Shown in pieces: positions 1-10,200 of a stretch of DNA of 64,000 bases (its first letter is position 1; each line of letters opens with the position of its first letter). Under the pieces are notes generated by a model. The model made no database searches. It saw only the letters and a program-made list of their open reading frames with translations, and was not told the origin of the DNA. Both the position numbers and the translations under genes were made by a program. Origin of the DNA: a virus; the IMG/VR virus record IMGVR_UViG_3300045988_016718, one strand, 5' to 3'.

Positions 1-27
1 TATACTTCAAATACTTCATTCACTAAC

Positions 28-1584
28 ATGGATGGTATTGTGGTACAGACTCAAAAGGAACAAGTAACAAATACAGGATATGTCATTGACTTTGAACAAG
101 ACTTTGATTCTGCTGTTACTGCCTTTAGGTCTAAATTCTATACCAAGCATGGTAACTGGGGTGGATATAATGGTGGTGTAAACTCTAACCTTGTGTATGC
201 AAGTAGAGCTGAAAAGAGCTTGATACTTGAAGCACATGGTGACTATTATCCTGAAAGCGGTCAAGTATGGGGTGTAGGAAAAGAAGCATGGGTAACAGAA
301 GCTGGTAAACAGTACACAGGTTATGGAGAAAACATGTACTACTATGCAGAGAATGATGCTAGGAAAGGTACTACTCCTTTCAAACAAAGAGTAGGTTGTA
401 CACTTAGAACAGTTGATTACTTTGCTTATGGTAAGTACACAGTAAGAATGGCTATCCCTGAATTAAAGGCTGGTCAGGATAACTGGGGATTATGTCCTGC
501 ATTATGGTTCTTCCATTATCAGGAGTTTGGTGAAGGTTCTACTGGTTATAACAAGTGGATGTCTTCTACTAATCCTGTAGGTAGAATCTATAACAAGGAA
601 GGTGATGCAGAGAATGGATTCTATTGTGTTGTCAATAATGAAATTGACATGGAGTTACCTTCAAATGATACACAGGACTTCTTCCCTACTGCTGCTGTTG
701 GTGGTACAAGATATACTCCTTGGGACTTTGTTAAGTGTGCATACTTTGACCCTATAACTACTAACCCTAAGGCTACAGTATCTACTGCTACTAATCCTCC
801 ATATAGAATAGGTATTGTTGATGATAATACTCTTCCTTATGAAGATGTTGGTAGATTCATACTGAAAGACCCTGCTAAGCCTAATGACAGAGCAAGTTGG
901 GAACAAGAAAGAGAAACTTTTGTTCAGACTAATTATCCTAACTTCTGTAATTGTAAGTTTAATAACTGGCAAGGTGAATACAGTTCAGGTAATGGATGGG
1001 AATCAAGACAGGATTATCTACCTGCAAAGGTTAATGGTGCTATGCCTGCTGATGCTGTAGCAACAGCTCAAGCAAACAACATGGACTACTATAAGAATGA
1101 TACTACTTATAAAGAGGAGTATGTAGCTTATAAGACAGCACTTGCTGATGAAAGAGTAGCACCTAAAGGTTATGCTGATGGTAGATTCCATGACTGGACT
1201 ATGGTATGGTATCCTAACCACACTGAATTATGGGTTGATGGAGTCAAGATAGAAGAGAACTGGGGATTTGTTCCTTTTAACTGTATGCACTTTGTAATAG
1301 GTATATGGTTTCCTACTCTTGGTGTCAAGAAGATTGATGGAGTATGGAAGGTTCTTGACTATGATAAAAAGACTCCTGTAAATAATGTAGCTACTCTTGA
1401 AAGTACAGGTACATGGGCTGGACTTAATGCTAACTTTGAAGCATGGCATCTAAAGATAAGCAAGGTAAAGTATGAACCTTTAACTACAGAGGAGCTTAAT
1501 GCTAATACAGCTAATAGACCTACACCTGAATTACTCTATGATGGTGAATCCTTCCCAGAGTCAGGTATGAGGTTTATTATCTAA
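28..1584 (+). CDS. Tail fibre / receptor-binding protein with GH16-like (concanavalin-fold) glycanase domain
   Basis: 518-aa ORF. The ATG at 28 lies 1 nt after a TAA (24-26) that closes another frame. The same stop+1nt+ATG spacing occurs at 7232/7236 and 16273/16277, so 28 is taken as the start, although the frame is also open to the window edge. 'YGKYTVRM..GLCPALWFFHYQE' and 'NNEIDMELPS' fit GH16 strands and the ExDxE catalytic motif. It is a paralogue of the C-terminus of the next ORF. Confidence 0.6.
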   Translation: MDGIVVQTQKEQVTNTGYVIDFEQDFDSAVTAFRSKFYTKHGNWGGYNGGVNSNLVYASRAEKSLILEAHGDYYPESGQVWGVGKEAWVTEAGKQYTGYGENMYYYAENDARKGTTPFKQRVGCTLRTVDYFAYGKYTVRMAIPELKAGQDNWGLCPALWFFHYQEFGEGSTGYNKWMSSTNPVGRIYNKEGDAENGFYCVVNNEIDMELPSNDTQDFFPTAAVGGTRYTPWDFVKCAYFDPITTNPKATVSTATNPPYRIGIVDDNTLPYEDVGRFILKDPAKPNDRASWEQERETFVQTNYPNFCNCKFNNWQGEYSSGNGWESRQDYLPAKVNGAMPADAVATAQANNMDYYKNDTTYKEEYVAYKTALADERVAPKGYADGRFHDWTMVWYPNHTELWVDGVKIEENWGFVPFNCMHFVIGIWFPTLGVKKIDGVWKVLDYDKKTPVNNVATLESTGTWAGLNANFEAWHLKISKVKYEPLTTEELNANTANRPTPELLYDGESFPESGMRFII

Positions 1585-1596
1585 ATAAATTAAGAT

Positions 1597-4500
1597 ATGG
1601 CAGTTCCTACATTTAATGAATATACTTATAAGATAAGTTACAAGGTAGGCTCAAGTGATGAGATTATCCTTAGTGAGGAACTTGTTATTCTAGTGGCTTT
1701 GACAAGTGAAGTAATTGATGGTAATGTTGTACAAGTACAGAATCCAAACTATGATTACTTCATGAATACTCTAAGTGTAAGTGTGGCTCCTGTTGATGGG
1801 GCTACACTTTTCATTAGAAGAAACAAGATAATGGATGGTGAAATTGTAGTAGCAGAAGAGAAACTGGTGCATCAAGGTGCATTTAGTTTTCCTGATTATG
1901 ATACTAGGCAATCACTGGTCATTACTGATACAGAAGTTAATGGGAGTACCTCACATACCATACTTGTCCAAATACTTAATGTAGTTGGAGAAGAGAGAAT
2001 ACCTTGCAATTACACATTACCCAAACTAGAGTTTGCAGCACAGATTACTGATAGCCAACATGTGGATATACAATATAAACAGGTTGGTTCTACAGATTAT
2101 ATCACTTTAGGTACTAATGTTATTGTGCCTCCTACAGGTAAAATCAATAATATTAGCTTGGGACAATTACCTGATGATACAGAGTATCTCTTAAGGATAT
2201 ATCATTATGAAATGGATGAAGAGAAATTCTTCCTGTTTCATACTAATCTTATACCTACTCTTGGTATTAATCCCATTATAGGTAAAGTAGAATGGAATGG
2301 TAGAATAGTATTACTTGATGCTCCTAATGTAAAGGCAAGAATGTATCCAAGTCCTGATAAACTGGATTGGATGTTTCCTATGGATTACAGCACTAAGTCA
2401 TTTGATAATATCTTATCTTCCTTGTGGACATCTGATGATTACTTAGGTAAGAATGAGAACTATCACTTTGAGATGAGAACCAGTACTGATAATCCAGAAG
2501 AAACTTATATAGGTTGTGCTATCAACAAAGACCATTATATTGGATTACCTTTTGATTATGTAAATGACAAGCTACCAGACCAAGGTGCATCAATGAACAT
2601 ATTCTATAAGGACTTGTTTACTGTATCTAATCCTGCTACTGATAGAAATGCAATCATAATGAAGTTCTATGCAGACCCTACTCATGTAGGTCCATTAAAG
2701 CTCTTAGGGATAAACCATAACAGTGAACATGATAATACCAATTACTTAGGGTTTAATTTTAACAAGGCTGGAGATTGTAGAGAGGTAAATGTATTTGGTA
2801 AGGTAATGTTGACTAGTTCTACTGGTGACCCTCTTATTACTAGTGGCAAATGGTATACATTACTACTTGTGACTAATGGTGATAAGATAAATTACCTATC
2901 AATTAGTGACTACAGTAATTATAGTCAGACAACTATACCTATTAATGCCGGAGCACATGTTGGTAATGTAGACCTTAAGAATAAGTTATACGATGCTGGT
3001 AGGCTGCCTGTGACCATAGAACTTACTTATGATTGCACACAATATACTTCTGAAATTGGTCTATGTATAGATTATGCTACTTATCAATACATAGAAGACA
3101 ATGACACTAATAACCAAATTGAGAAGGGTAACAGTATCTATAAATCTCCTGAATATGGTACAGGCAAAAAAATTACTGTTACTATACCTAATGATGCTGC
3201 ATATGGAATAGCAGTTGGTTATTCTTTAGGTTTTCTAAAGGGTGGAACTACTGTGGCTGGCAAAGTAACTATCACAGACTTTAAGGTTAATGGTGTCAGT
3301 ATATTCAGTGATTTAACTAACTATCCTTTTAAGGTTGATGAGGCTGCAAGTGCTTATATAAGTGGTACTAAGACTGACATGATTTGGGCTAAGACTGGTG
3401 ATTCATTGCCTACTCCTATTGGTGGTACAGTATTTGAAGATGTAGAACTTAATCAGAACATAGAGCTTAATGCCAGACTATTTGTAGGATGTCCTGTTCA
3501 ATCAGGTGATATGACTAATGCAAGTTATGTTGTATCAAGGATTGGTCTACATAAGTCTACAATAACTGGTACAGATAGTTGGGACACTCCTTATCAATAT
3601 ATAGACCCTACAGTCATGGAAGCATTGGGTGCTGGCTATAAGAAGATGCCTAAACTTAAGTGCACAAATGATAATGGTACTGTAACTGTTATTCCAACAT
3701 CAGAGATGACTGAAATGAAGGATGCTACTGTGAGATTCTTACTTGAAGGATTGCCAATAGGTAAAACAAGAATAGAGGTAGAATCTGGTGAGGATATTCT
3801 ATCTTCTGTGTCAAGGGAAATCAAGAGTGTTAAACTTACTCCTGCACAGGCTGATTATGACATAAACTTTGAAGGTGATTTTGATGCAGCTGTAACAGAG
3901 TTCAAGAAGAGGTATTATGCCAAGCAGAAAAGGTGGGGTGGAAACATGGGTGGTGGAACTAATGGTAATTTGATATATTTCAACAGAGGACTTAAGTGTC
4001 TTATCCTTGAGCAGCATGGAGATAAATATAGAGGAATTGTTCCTGCTGTAGCTCCTGCTGGTGCTAATGGTTATGGACTACCTGTGGACTTAGTTGAAAA
4101 TCCATTGAATTATATACCTAACACAAGCCAGAGAACCTCAAGAGTTGGTGGTCTTATTCAGTCAGTTGATTATCATCCTTATGGTATGTTTGACTGCTGG
4201 TTTAAGGTACCAAAAGGAATGATAGGTTTAGCAATCTGTCTATGGTATTTCCACTATCAGGAGATATATAACTATGACAAGACATTCAAGTTCTGGACAG
4301 AAACTGGTGTTAAAGGTTATACTTATGCTGATTCTGTAAAGAGTGGCTATGGTGCAACTTGGGTAGTTATCAACAATGAGATTGATATGGAGCTTGGCTC
4401 AGAAAATACACCTTACAGGACAGTAATGAACCCTAATAGTGATACTAGTATTATGTGGTATGTTCCGGGTCTTAGTTATAGACAAGCTATAGGATGTACT

Positions 4501-5193
4501 GCAACTGGTGCTGACTATGGTACATGGATGATTGACTGGGAAGCAAGCAAGGCAGCTATAGATGCTGTTACAGAAACAGACCCACAAAACTCTGCATCCT
4601 ACTTGAGGTCTAATCAGCTTAAATGGGTTAAGATAATGGATACTATTGATGAAGTCAACTATGGTGCTAATGTGAGGTCATGCAGATTCAATAACTGGAT
4701 GAATGAAGCATGGAATGATGGTTGTGGAGTATATGGTACTATTGCTAATTCACAATTAGGTAAGGGAGAACTCTCTGTCAATAATAGAACTCCTTTAGGT
4801 TCTATTGACCCCAAGGCAGTACAACAAGCTGCAAGATATGTAGAACATTACTATGATGATGGACAATATCATAAGTGGTCAATTGACTGGAAAGGGGATT
4901 ACACTGCATTGTATATTGATGATGAACCTATAGCAATATGTAAGGCATTTGTGCCATTCAATCCTATGACAATGCTTGTAGGTTGTTGGTTCCCAAGTGG
5001 TAATGCTTATGATAAGAATGTGTTATTAGGTGAATGGGGAACTTGGTCTGGAGTTCATGCTGATTGGGAAGTAGGACTCATGCAAGTTAAAAGAATCAAG
5101 TTCAAGGCATATACTGAAGAAGAAGCTCCAACTACAGACATGAGATATGATTGTGAAACTTATGCAGAAGATGGATTAAGAGAGATTCTGTAA
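1597..5193 (+). CDS. Long tail fibre/spike protein: unassigned N-terminal ~750 aa plus C-terminal GH16-like glycanase domain
   Basis: 1198-aa ORF with its ATG 12 nt after the previous stop. From 'DYDINFEGDFDAAVTEF' onward it aligns by eye with ORF 28-1584 ('LWYFHYQE', 'NNEIDMELGSE', 'CRFNNW', 'FVPFNPMTMLVGCWFPS', 'YDCETYAEDG'). Confidence 0.6.
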   Translation: MAVPTFNEYTYKISYKVGSSDEIILSEELVILVALTSEVIDGNVVQVQNPNYDYFMNTLSVSVAPVDGATLFIRRNKIMDGEIVVAEEKLVHQGAFSFPDYDTRQSLVITDTEVNGSTSHTILVQILNVVGEERIPCNYTLPKLEFAAQITDSQHVDIQYKQVGSTDYITLGTNVIVPPTGKINNISLGQLPDDTEYLLRIYHYEMDEEKFFLFHTNLIPTLGINPIIGKVEWNGRIVLLDAPNVKARMYPSPDKLDWMFPMDYSTKSFDNILSSLWTSDDYLGKNENYHFEMRTSTDNPEETYIGCAINKDHYIGLPFDYVNDKLPDQGASMNIFYKDLFTVSNPATDRNAIIMKFYADPTHVGPLKLLGINHNSEHDNTNYLGFNFNKAGDCREVNVFGKVMLTSSTGDPLITSGKWYTLLLVTNGDKINYLSISDYSNYSQTTIPINAGAHVGNVDLKNKLYDAGRLPVTIELTYDCTQYTSEIGLCIDYATYQYIEDNDTNNQIEKGNSIYKSPEYGTGKKITVTIPNDAAYGIAVGYSLGFLKGGTTVAGKVTITDFKVNGVSIFSDLTNYPFKVDEAASAYISGTKTDMIWAKTGDSLPTPIGGTVFEDVELNQNIELNARLFVGCPVQSGDMTNASYVVSRIGLHKSTITGTDSWDTPYQYIDPTVMEALGAGYKKMPKLKCTNDNGTVTVIPTSEMTEMKDATVRFLLEGLPIGKTRIEVESGEDILSSVSREIKSVKLTPAQADYDINFEGDFDAAVTEFKKRYYAKQKRWGGNMGGGTNGNLIYFNRGLKCLILEQHGDKYRGIVPAVAPAGANGYGLPVDLVENPLNYIPNTSQRTSRVGGLIQSVDYHPYGMFDCWFKVPKGMIGLAICLWYFHYQEIYNYDKTFKFWTETGVKGYTYADSVKSGYGATWVVINNEIDMELGSENTPYRTVMNPNSDTSIMWYVPGLSYRQAIGCTATGADYGTWMIDWEASKAAIDAVTETDPQNSASYLRSNQLKWVKIMDTIDEVNYGANVRSCRFNNWMNEAWNDGCGVYGTIANSQLGKGELSVNNRTPLGSIDPKAVQQAARYVEHYYDDGQYHKWSIDWKGDYTALYIDDEPIAICKAFVPFNPMTMLVGCWFPSGNAYDKNVLLGEWGTWSGVHADWEVGLMQVKRIKFKAYTEEEAPTTDMRYDCETYAEDGLREIL

Positions 5194-5211
5194 CATACAT
5201 ACAACTAAATT

Positions 5212-5265
5212 ATTAATACTCTTGCACAGGTAAATCAAAATACTTACCTTTGCAGGAGTATTAAT
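5212..5265 (+). terminator. Long imperfect hairpin downstream of the fibre gene (terminator or operator-like)
   Basis: ATTAATACTCTTGCACAGGTAA / TTACCTTTGCAGGAGTATTAAT gives 22 stem positions: 20 Watson-Crick pairs, 1 G-U pair and 1 mismatch. The loop is 10 nt (5234-5243). It is followed by GTTTAT, which is only a weak T tract. Confidence 0.4.
5221..5252 (+). promoter_or_regulatory. Bacteroidota-type promoter (-33 cTTG / -7 TACCTTTG)
   Basis: CTTG at 5221-5224, a 20-nt spacer, then TACCTTTG at 5245-5252, which matches TAnnTTTG. It lies 35 nt upstream of the ATG at 5287 and sits inside the hairpin arms. Confidence 0.45.
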
Positions 5266-5286
5266 GTTTATAGACTAAATGAAATT

Positions 5287-5991
5287 ATGAATACTTACAG
5301 ACAGCTAGTATATATGGTACTTGATGAGCTTAAGGGTTCAGCAGATGACTTCACTTTTACTGAAGACCATGTGATGTTCCTTCTATCAAAGTACAGGGCT
5401 TTCTTGTTAAAGCAAAGATATGCAGACATCAAGAAGCCAATGCCAGAGTCCAATTATCAAACTCTATGTCTTGAGCTTATTGAGGTACCAGCAATAGCTG
5501 GAGTACCTTGTGAAGGTGGTTCATACTTGAGGACTAAAGCCAAGATACCTTTTACTATGAAGGTAGGTAATCCTAAGGTATATCCTGTTGATTACTTCCA
5601 AGGAAGCAACATTACATTTATCAGCAGAGACAGAATGAGATATGTTGGATATAACAAGTTTATGCAGAACATCATTTACTGCACACTTGGTCCTGACAAT
5701 TATCTGTATCTTCAATCAAATAATCCACAGTTCATCTATATGGAAAACATAAGATTTACTGCTGTATTTGAGGATTCAGAAACAGCATCAGAACTTGAAT
5801 GTAATGAGGATGGAAAAATATGTGATACCATAGACAGGACATTTCCAATTGAAGAAGCTCTTGTTCCACCTCTTATTGAACTTGTAGTCAAAGAGTTAAG
5901 ACAAGCTGAATATACACCAGCAGATGAGAAGAATAATGCAAATGATGATTTGGATAATGTAGCAATGACAGCAAACAGGCAGAGTAGATAA
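5287..5991 (+). CDS. Virion structural protein (tail/neck module), function unassigned
   Basis: 234-aa ORF with an ATG start. It is the first gene after the promoter-like element, its stop overlaps the next ATG (TAATG), and it lies between the fibre genes and the large tail protein. Confidence 0.5.
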   Translation: MNTYRQLVYMVLDELKGSADDFTFTEDHVMFLLSKYRAFLLKQRYADIKKPMPESNYQTLCLELIEVPAIAGVPCEGGSYLRTKAKIPFTMKVGNPKVYPVDYFQGSNITFISRDRMRYVGYNKFMQNIIYCTLGPDNYLYLQSNNPQFIYMENIRFTAVFEDSETASELECNEDGKICDTIDRTFPIEEALVPPLIELVVKELRQAEYTPADEKNNANDDLDNVAMTANRQSR

Positions 5992-6545
5992 TGGAAGGAT
6001 TACAGGAGTTCAAGAGAAGAGTTAGAAGAAGCACAGAACATCATGAGCATAAGATAAGAAACTCATGGGGTATCTATGATGGGTATAAGTACTATAGAAA
6101 GACTAAACCCAAAGACAAGGAATATGTGCTAACAGAGAGTCAGTACTTTGCTATAACCAGAAGGATAAATAACCTTATGGCAGAAGAAATAGCTAATGGT
6201 AATGACTTCAAGATACCACATAGAATGGGAGTAATTGAGCTAAGAAAGTATGATGCCCGTATCAAGATTGGAAGTAATGGTGAGGTATATGATAACTTGC
6301 CAGTAGATTGGAACAAAACCTTAGAACTATGGTATGAAGATGAGGAATCATATAAGAATAAGACACTTGTTAAAATGGAGGAGAAGGAAATCTTTACCAT
6401 ATACTATAACAGGAACAGAGCTACATACAGGAATCAGTCCTTCTATGACTTCAAGTTCAACAGGGACATGAAGATAATGCTTAAACAAAAAATCAAAGAG
6501 GGAGCAGTAGATGCTGCTTACTTGAAAAAGAGAGAATACTTATGA
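5991..6545 (+). CDS. Virion structural protein (tail/neck module), function unassigned
   Basis: 184-aa basic ORF, translationally coupled on both sides (TAATG at 5991, ATGA at 6542). Confidence 0.5.
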   Translation: MEGLQEFKRRVRRSTEHHEHKIRNSWGIYDGYKYYRKTKPKDKEYVLTESQYFAITRRINNLMAEEIANGNDFKIPHRMGVIELRKYDARIKIGSNGEVYDNLPVDWNKTLELWYEDEESYKNKTLVKMEEKEIFTIYYNRNRATYRNQSFYDFKFNRDMKIMLKQKIKEGAVDAAYLKKREYL

Positions 6546-7234
6546 CAAACAATGTAAACTTTATTAACATAAGGGAGATACTTAGCAGAGTAACAAGACA
6601 TCCCTTAATGTCTGATATAGGGCTTGAATCTGCTATCCAGTATACACTGGACTTTATTGCAGCTATGGGACTTCCTAAGATATATGTGGACAAGGTGGCT
6701 GATGTTGATATTGAGAATTACAGGGCTTTGCTTCCATGTGATTTAATCTCAATCATACAGGTGAGAACTAAACATGGTGACTGCTTGAGGTCAATGACAG
6801 ACAGCTTTGGTAGTTGTCCTGTAGATAGAAATCAGGAAAGAGGAGAAAGTACATTCAAGACTCAAGGCAGAGTTATATATACTTCCTTTAAGGATGGCAG
6901 CATACAAATAGCTTATAAGGCTATACCTGTAGATGATGAAGGACTTCCTATGTTACCTGATAATCCAATATTTCTTAAGGCACTTGAATTATACATAAAG
7001 AAAGAGTGGTTCACAATACTGTTTGACTTAGGAAAGATACAACCGGCAGTGTTAAATAACACCCAACAGGAGTATGCTTTCAAGGCAGGGCAGTGTAACA
7101 GTGAATTTACTATACCTTCTCCAAGTGAGATGGAATCCATAAGTGGAATACTTAACCAAATGGTACCAAGAGTTAATGAATTTAGAAAAGGATTTAAGGA
7201 CTTGGGAAACAAAGAATTTTTAAAGCTACACTAA
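6542..7234 (+). CDS. Virion structural protein (tail/neck module), function unassigned
   Basis: 230-aa ORF. Its ATG overlaps the previous stop, and its own stop lies 1 nt before the ATG of the next gene. Confidence 0.5.
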   Translation: MTNNVNFINIREILSRVTRHPLMSDIGLESAIQYTLDFIAAMGLPKIYVDKVADVDIENYRALLPCDLISIIQVRTKHGDCLRSMTDSFGSCPVDRNQERGESTFKTQGRVIYTSFKDGSIQIAYKAIPVDDEGLPMLPDNPIFLKALELYIKKEWFTILFDLGKIQPAVLNNTQQEYAFKAGQCNSEFTIPSPSEMESISGILNQMVPRVNEFRKGFKDLGNKEFLKLH

Positions 7235-7235
7235 T

Positions 7236-10200
7236 ATGGCAATGAAACAAGAACAACATGTTATCAAAGGTATGCAAAGGGACTTGACTGTAAGTAAGTT
7301 CAGTCCTGAATATGCCTATGAGAACATGAATATAAGAATAACTGCAAGGGAACATAGTACTCTTTTATCTGTCACTAATGAGAAAGGTACTAAGGAAATA
7401 TCTGTGCCTTCATTCAGACAGCCTAACAAGATTATTGTAGAACCTACAGGAAAGATAGTCATGCAGTATCCACTTGCTTCATCAATTAGAGGCGGTATCC
7501 TTACAGAAACAAGTGATGGAGTACAGTATAAGTATGAAATAGTACTTGAATCAGGTCAATCAGAAAGTACTGCATATGAAGGACATCTGCCTATAACACA
7601 AAGTGTTAAGGGATTCTACTTTATAGATGACTTAGTATATGATGATACATACCAATATTGGAGTGACTTACATCCACTTGGGTTTATACCCGGTGGTGAT
7701 ATTAAGGGTGTTCCTCTTGGTAGTTGTACTATTGGTAAGTACATAGTCATATTCACTAAAGATGAAGCAGAAGGTATAGACTATATCTACAGACTTGAAG
7801 GTATAAATGACTACTTTGAAGTGACTATATTGTATCAAGGTAACTTGAACTTCAGTACTGCATATCCTATACAAACTCTTGGTACATATGAGAATGAAAA
7901 TATTCAAAAGGTATACTGGGTTGATGGTCTTAATCAATCAAGGGTAATCAATATAGTGGCAGAAGTGGGAACTTATAATGGAAATGATAAGTTTGACTTC
8001 ATTAGAGGATTTGATACAGGTGCTACAACTACTGTTGAGAAAGTACCAAGTGGTACAGGCATATTCCCTTCAGGAGTGGTTCAATATGCTCTAACTTATT
8101 ATAATAGTTATGCACAGGAAAGTACAGTATTTTACATATCTCCATTGTTTTACACTTCCCCTACAGGCAGAGGTGGTAGACCTGATGAAGTAGTGAATAA
8201 TGAATTTAGGATTATGGTTAATAATCCTGATACAAACTTTGATGGTATTAACATATACTCTATTATAAGGACTTCACTTGATGGTACTCCTAGTGTTAAG
8301 AGAGTAGCAAGTGTGGAATTAAAAGCAAGATATAGCATATATAACAAGCTGGAGATTAGCCAGACTTATGCTTACACTACACAGATAGTAGACCCTTCAG
8401 TAGTTGAGGTTTTCAAGTCAGGTAGTAAGGCATTATTGACTGATTATCCTTATGATGAAGTAGATGGAAAGCTCAAGTGGAGAATAAATGTAGAAGGTAA
8501 TTCAGGCATCATTATCAATAAACAATATGACCCTGAACATGAGATATACTTCCTAGACTTTGATAAAGCTGCTGGTGGAGTTGCTAATATAACCTATGAC
8601 CCATTTACTCATCAAATCAAGCTTGAGAGAAAATCAATTGATTATGGTTATATATTTGTGTATGTAGCTTCTATCAGTAATAGAACTTATGTGGATTATT
8701 CAGATAATAACACTACTGGTGAAACATTAGACCCTACAGAGTTACTGTATAAGGGTGGTGAAGAAGTTGTACCTTATACAATTACACAGAAGGATAATAC
8801 TCTGTTCCTAGGTAATCTTACTATCAAGAGGAGTGCAATTCCTCAAGACATAAGACTTGGGGTAGGTGATTTACCGTTGACCACAGAAGGTAAGGATGTT
8901 ACAGTTCTTGCTCCTGAAGATACTGATGTATATCCATACAAGAGTAATTTGAGTTTTGATAATGGTGTGATTACATCATTTAAGCAAGGTGAGACTTATA
9001 GACCCGGTCTTGTGTTCTTACATAGAACAGGTAAATGGTCAGAAGCTATACCTATAAGAGACTTTGAAGTAGATAGGTACATAACTGCTGAATCCTATAA
9101 CAAGATAGTAAGTTCTATTGGTTCTACTCTTATTAACAGGTTAATAGACTTAGGTTATGTAGCTGTAAAGCCAGTAATGGTTTATCCTAGTTATACTGAC
9201 AGGACTGTAGTATGTCAGGGCATCATTAATCCCACTTTGTTTAAGGCTAATGACAGACCTGATAATTCACCTTACTCAATATCTTCATGGTTCTTTAGAC
9301 CATTATTTGCTGGATTTTTTGATGATGGCGGTTTAGACTGGGCAAGAAGTCCAAGAGATGGTGGTGTAGTTCTTGAGTTCAGACATAAGAGACCATTGCC
9401 TTCAAGTTTCAATTTTAATGGTGAGATACAGTCACAAGATTGTATTTCAGATGTTTCTACTGAAGCTGGTACACAGACTTGTCCTGATGAAAGTGAAGGC
9501 AACTTTAAGGTTGATGGTAGTATATGTACATTCCATTCACCTGACATTGAGTTTGATGAAACTGTAAAGTCTCTTGTAAAAAGCTGTCAGATAAGGTATG
9601 TAGGATATGCAAAGTGTAAAGCTAACTATAGTGATTACAGTATAATTGGACCTAATTCTTTCCTTAAGACAACTAGGTCATCAGGTTCTAATTATAGAAT
9701 CATAAACCATGATTACAGTACAATGTACACCAAGTATGGTGGTACTAATTATTGGAATGGTAGTGCCAATGAAAGACATAGTTCTGTGAAGAAAATATGT
9801 GCACTTCCTGTATATGTAGATGGTGTATTGACAAGAAGAGACCCAAACAAGAATGATGATTGGGATGTATTAGGAAATGATGGTGGTGATGGTAACTGGA
9901 TTAACTGTGCATGGATAGTATATCCTTGGCATAGGGAAGCCTCTCTTAACAATGATATGGACAAGACAGGAACAGAAGGTCAATCATTAGTCAGAACAGG
10001 TCAATATACTAAGAAGATACTGTCAAACTTACAGTACACAGACACTTACTATATAGATAAGGAAGGATACTATCATAGGTCAACTCCTCCTACATTATAT
10101 CTTGAAGGAGACAGCCAGTTTACAGGTATTGCAGAGGTTGCAGTATTTGACAGTAATGAGGATACAATCATTAAGTTACCTATCATTAAAAATGCACTTG

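Noticed and set aside
1-27. Treating ORF 28-1584 as 5'-truncated, because its frame is open to nt 1.
   Set aside because: Another frame ends with a TAA at 24-26, exactly 1 nt before the ATG at 28. This matches other junctions in the window, so nt 3-26 is more likely the 3' end of an upstream gene. A longer ORF cannot be fully excluded.
16-387. Antisense/shadow ORFs from the track. Examples are 16-387, 661-972, 3636-4017, 9272-9567, 22448-22669, 27173-27529, 33583-34289, 50623-51144, 56276-56671 and 59831-60247.
   Set aside because: Each lies entirely inside a much longer ORF on the other strand or in another frame that has clear protein motifs. Their translations are low-complexity and rich in Ser/Leu/Ile/Phe/Cys. 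None shows the tight start/stop coupling typical of the real genes here.
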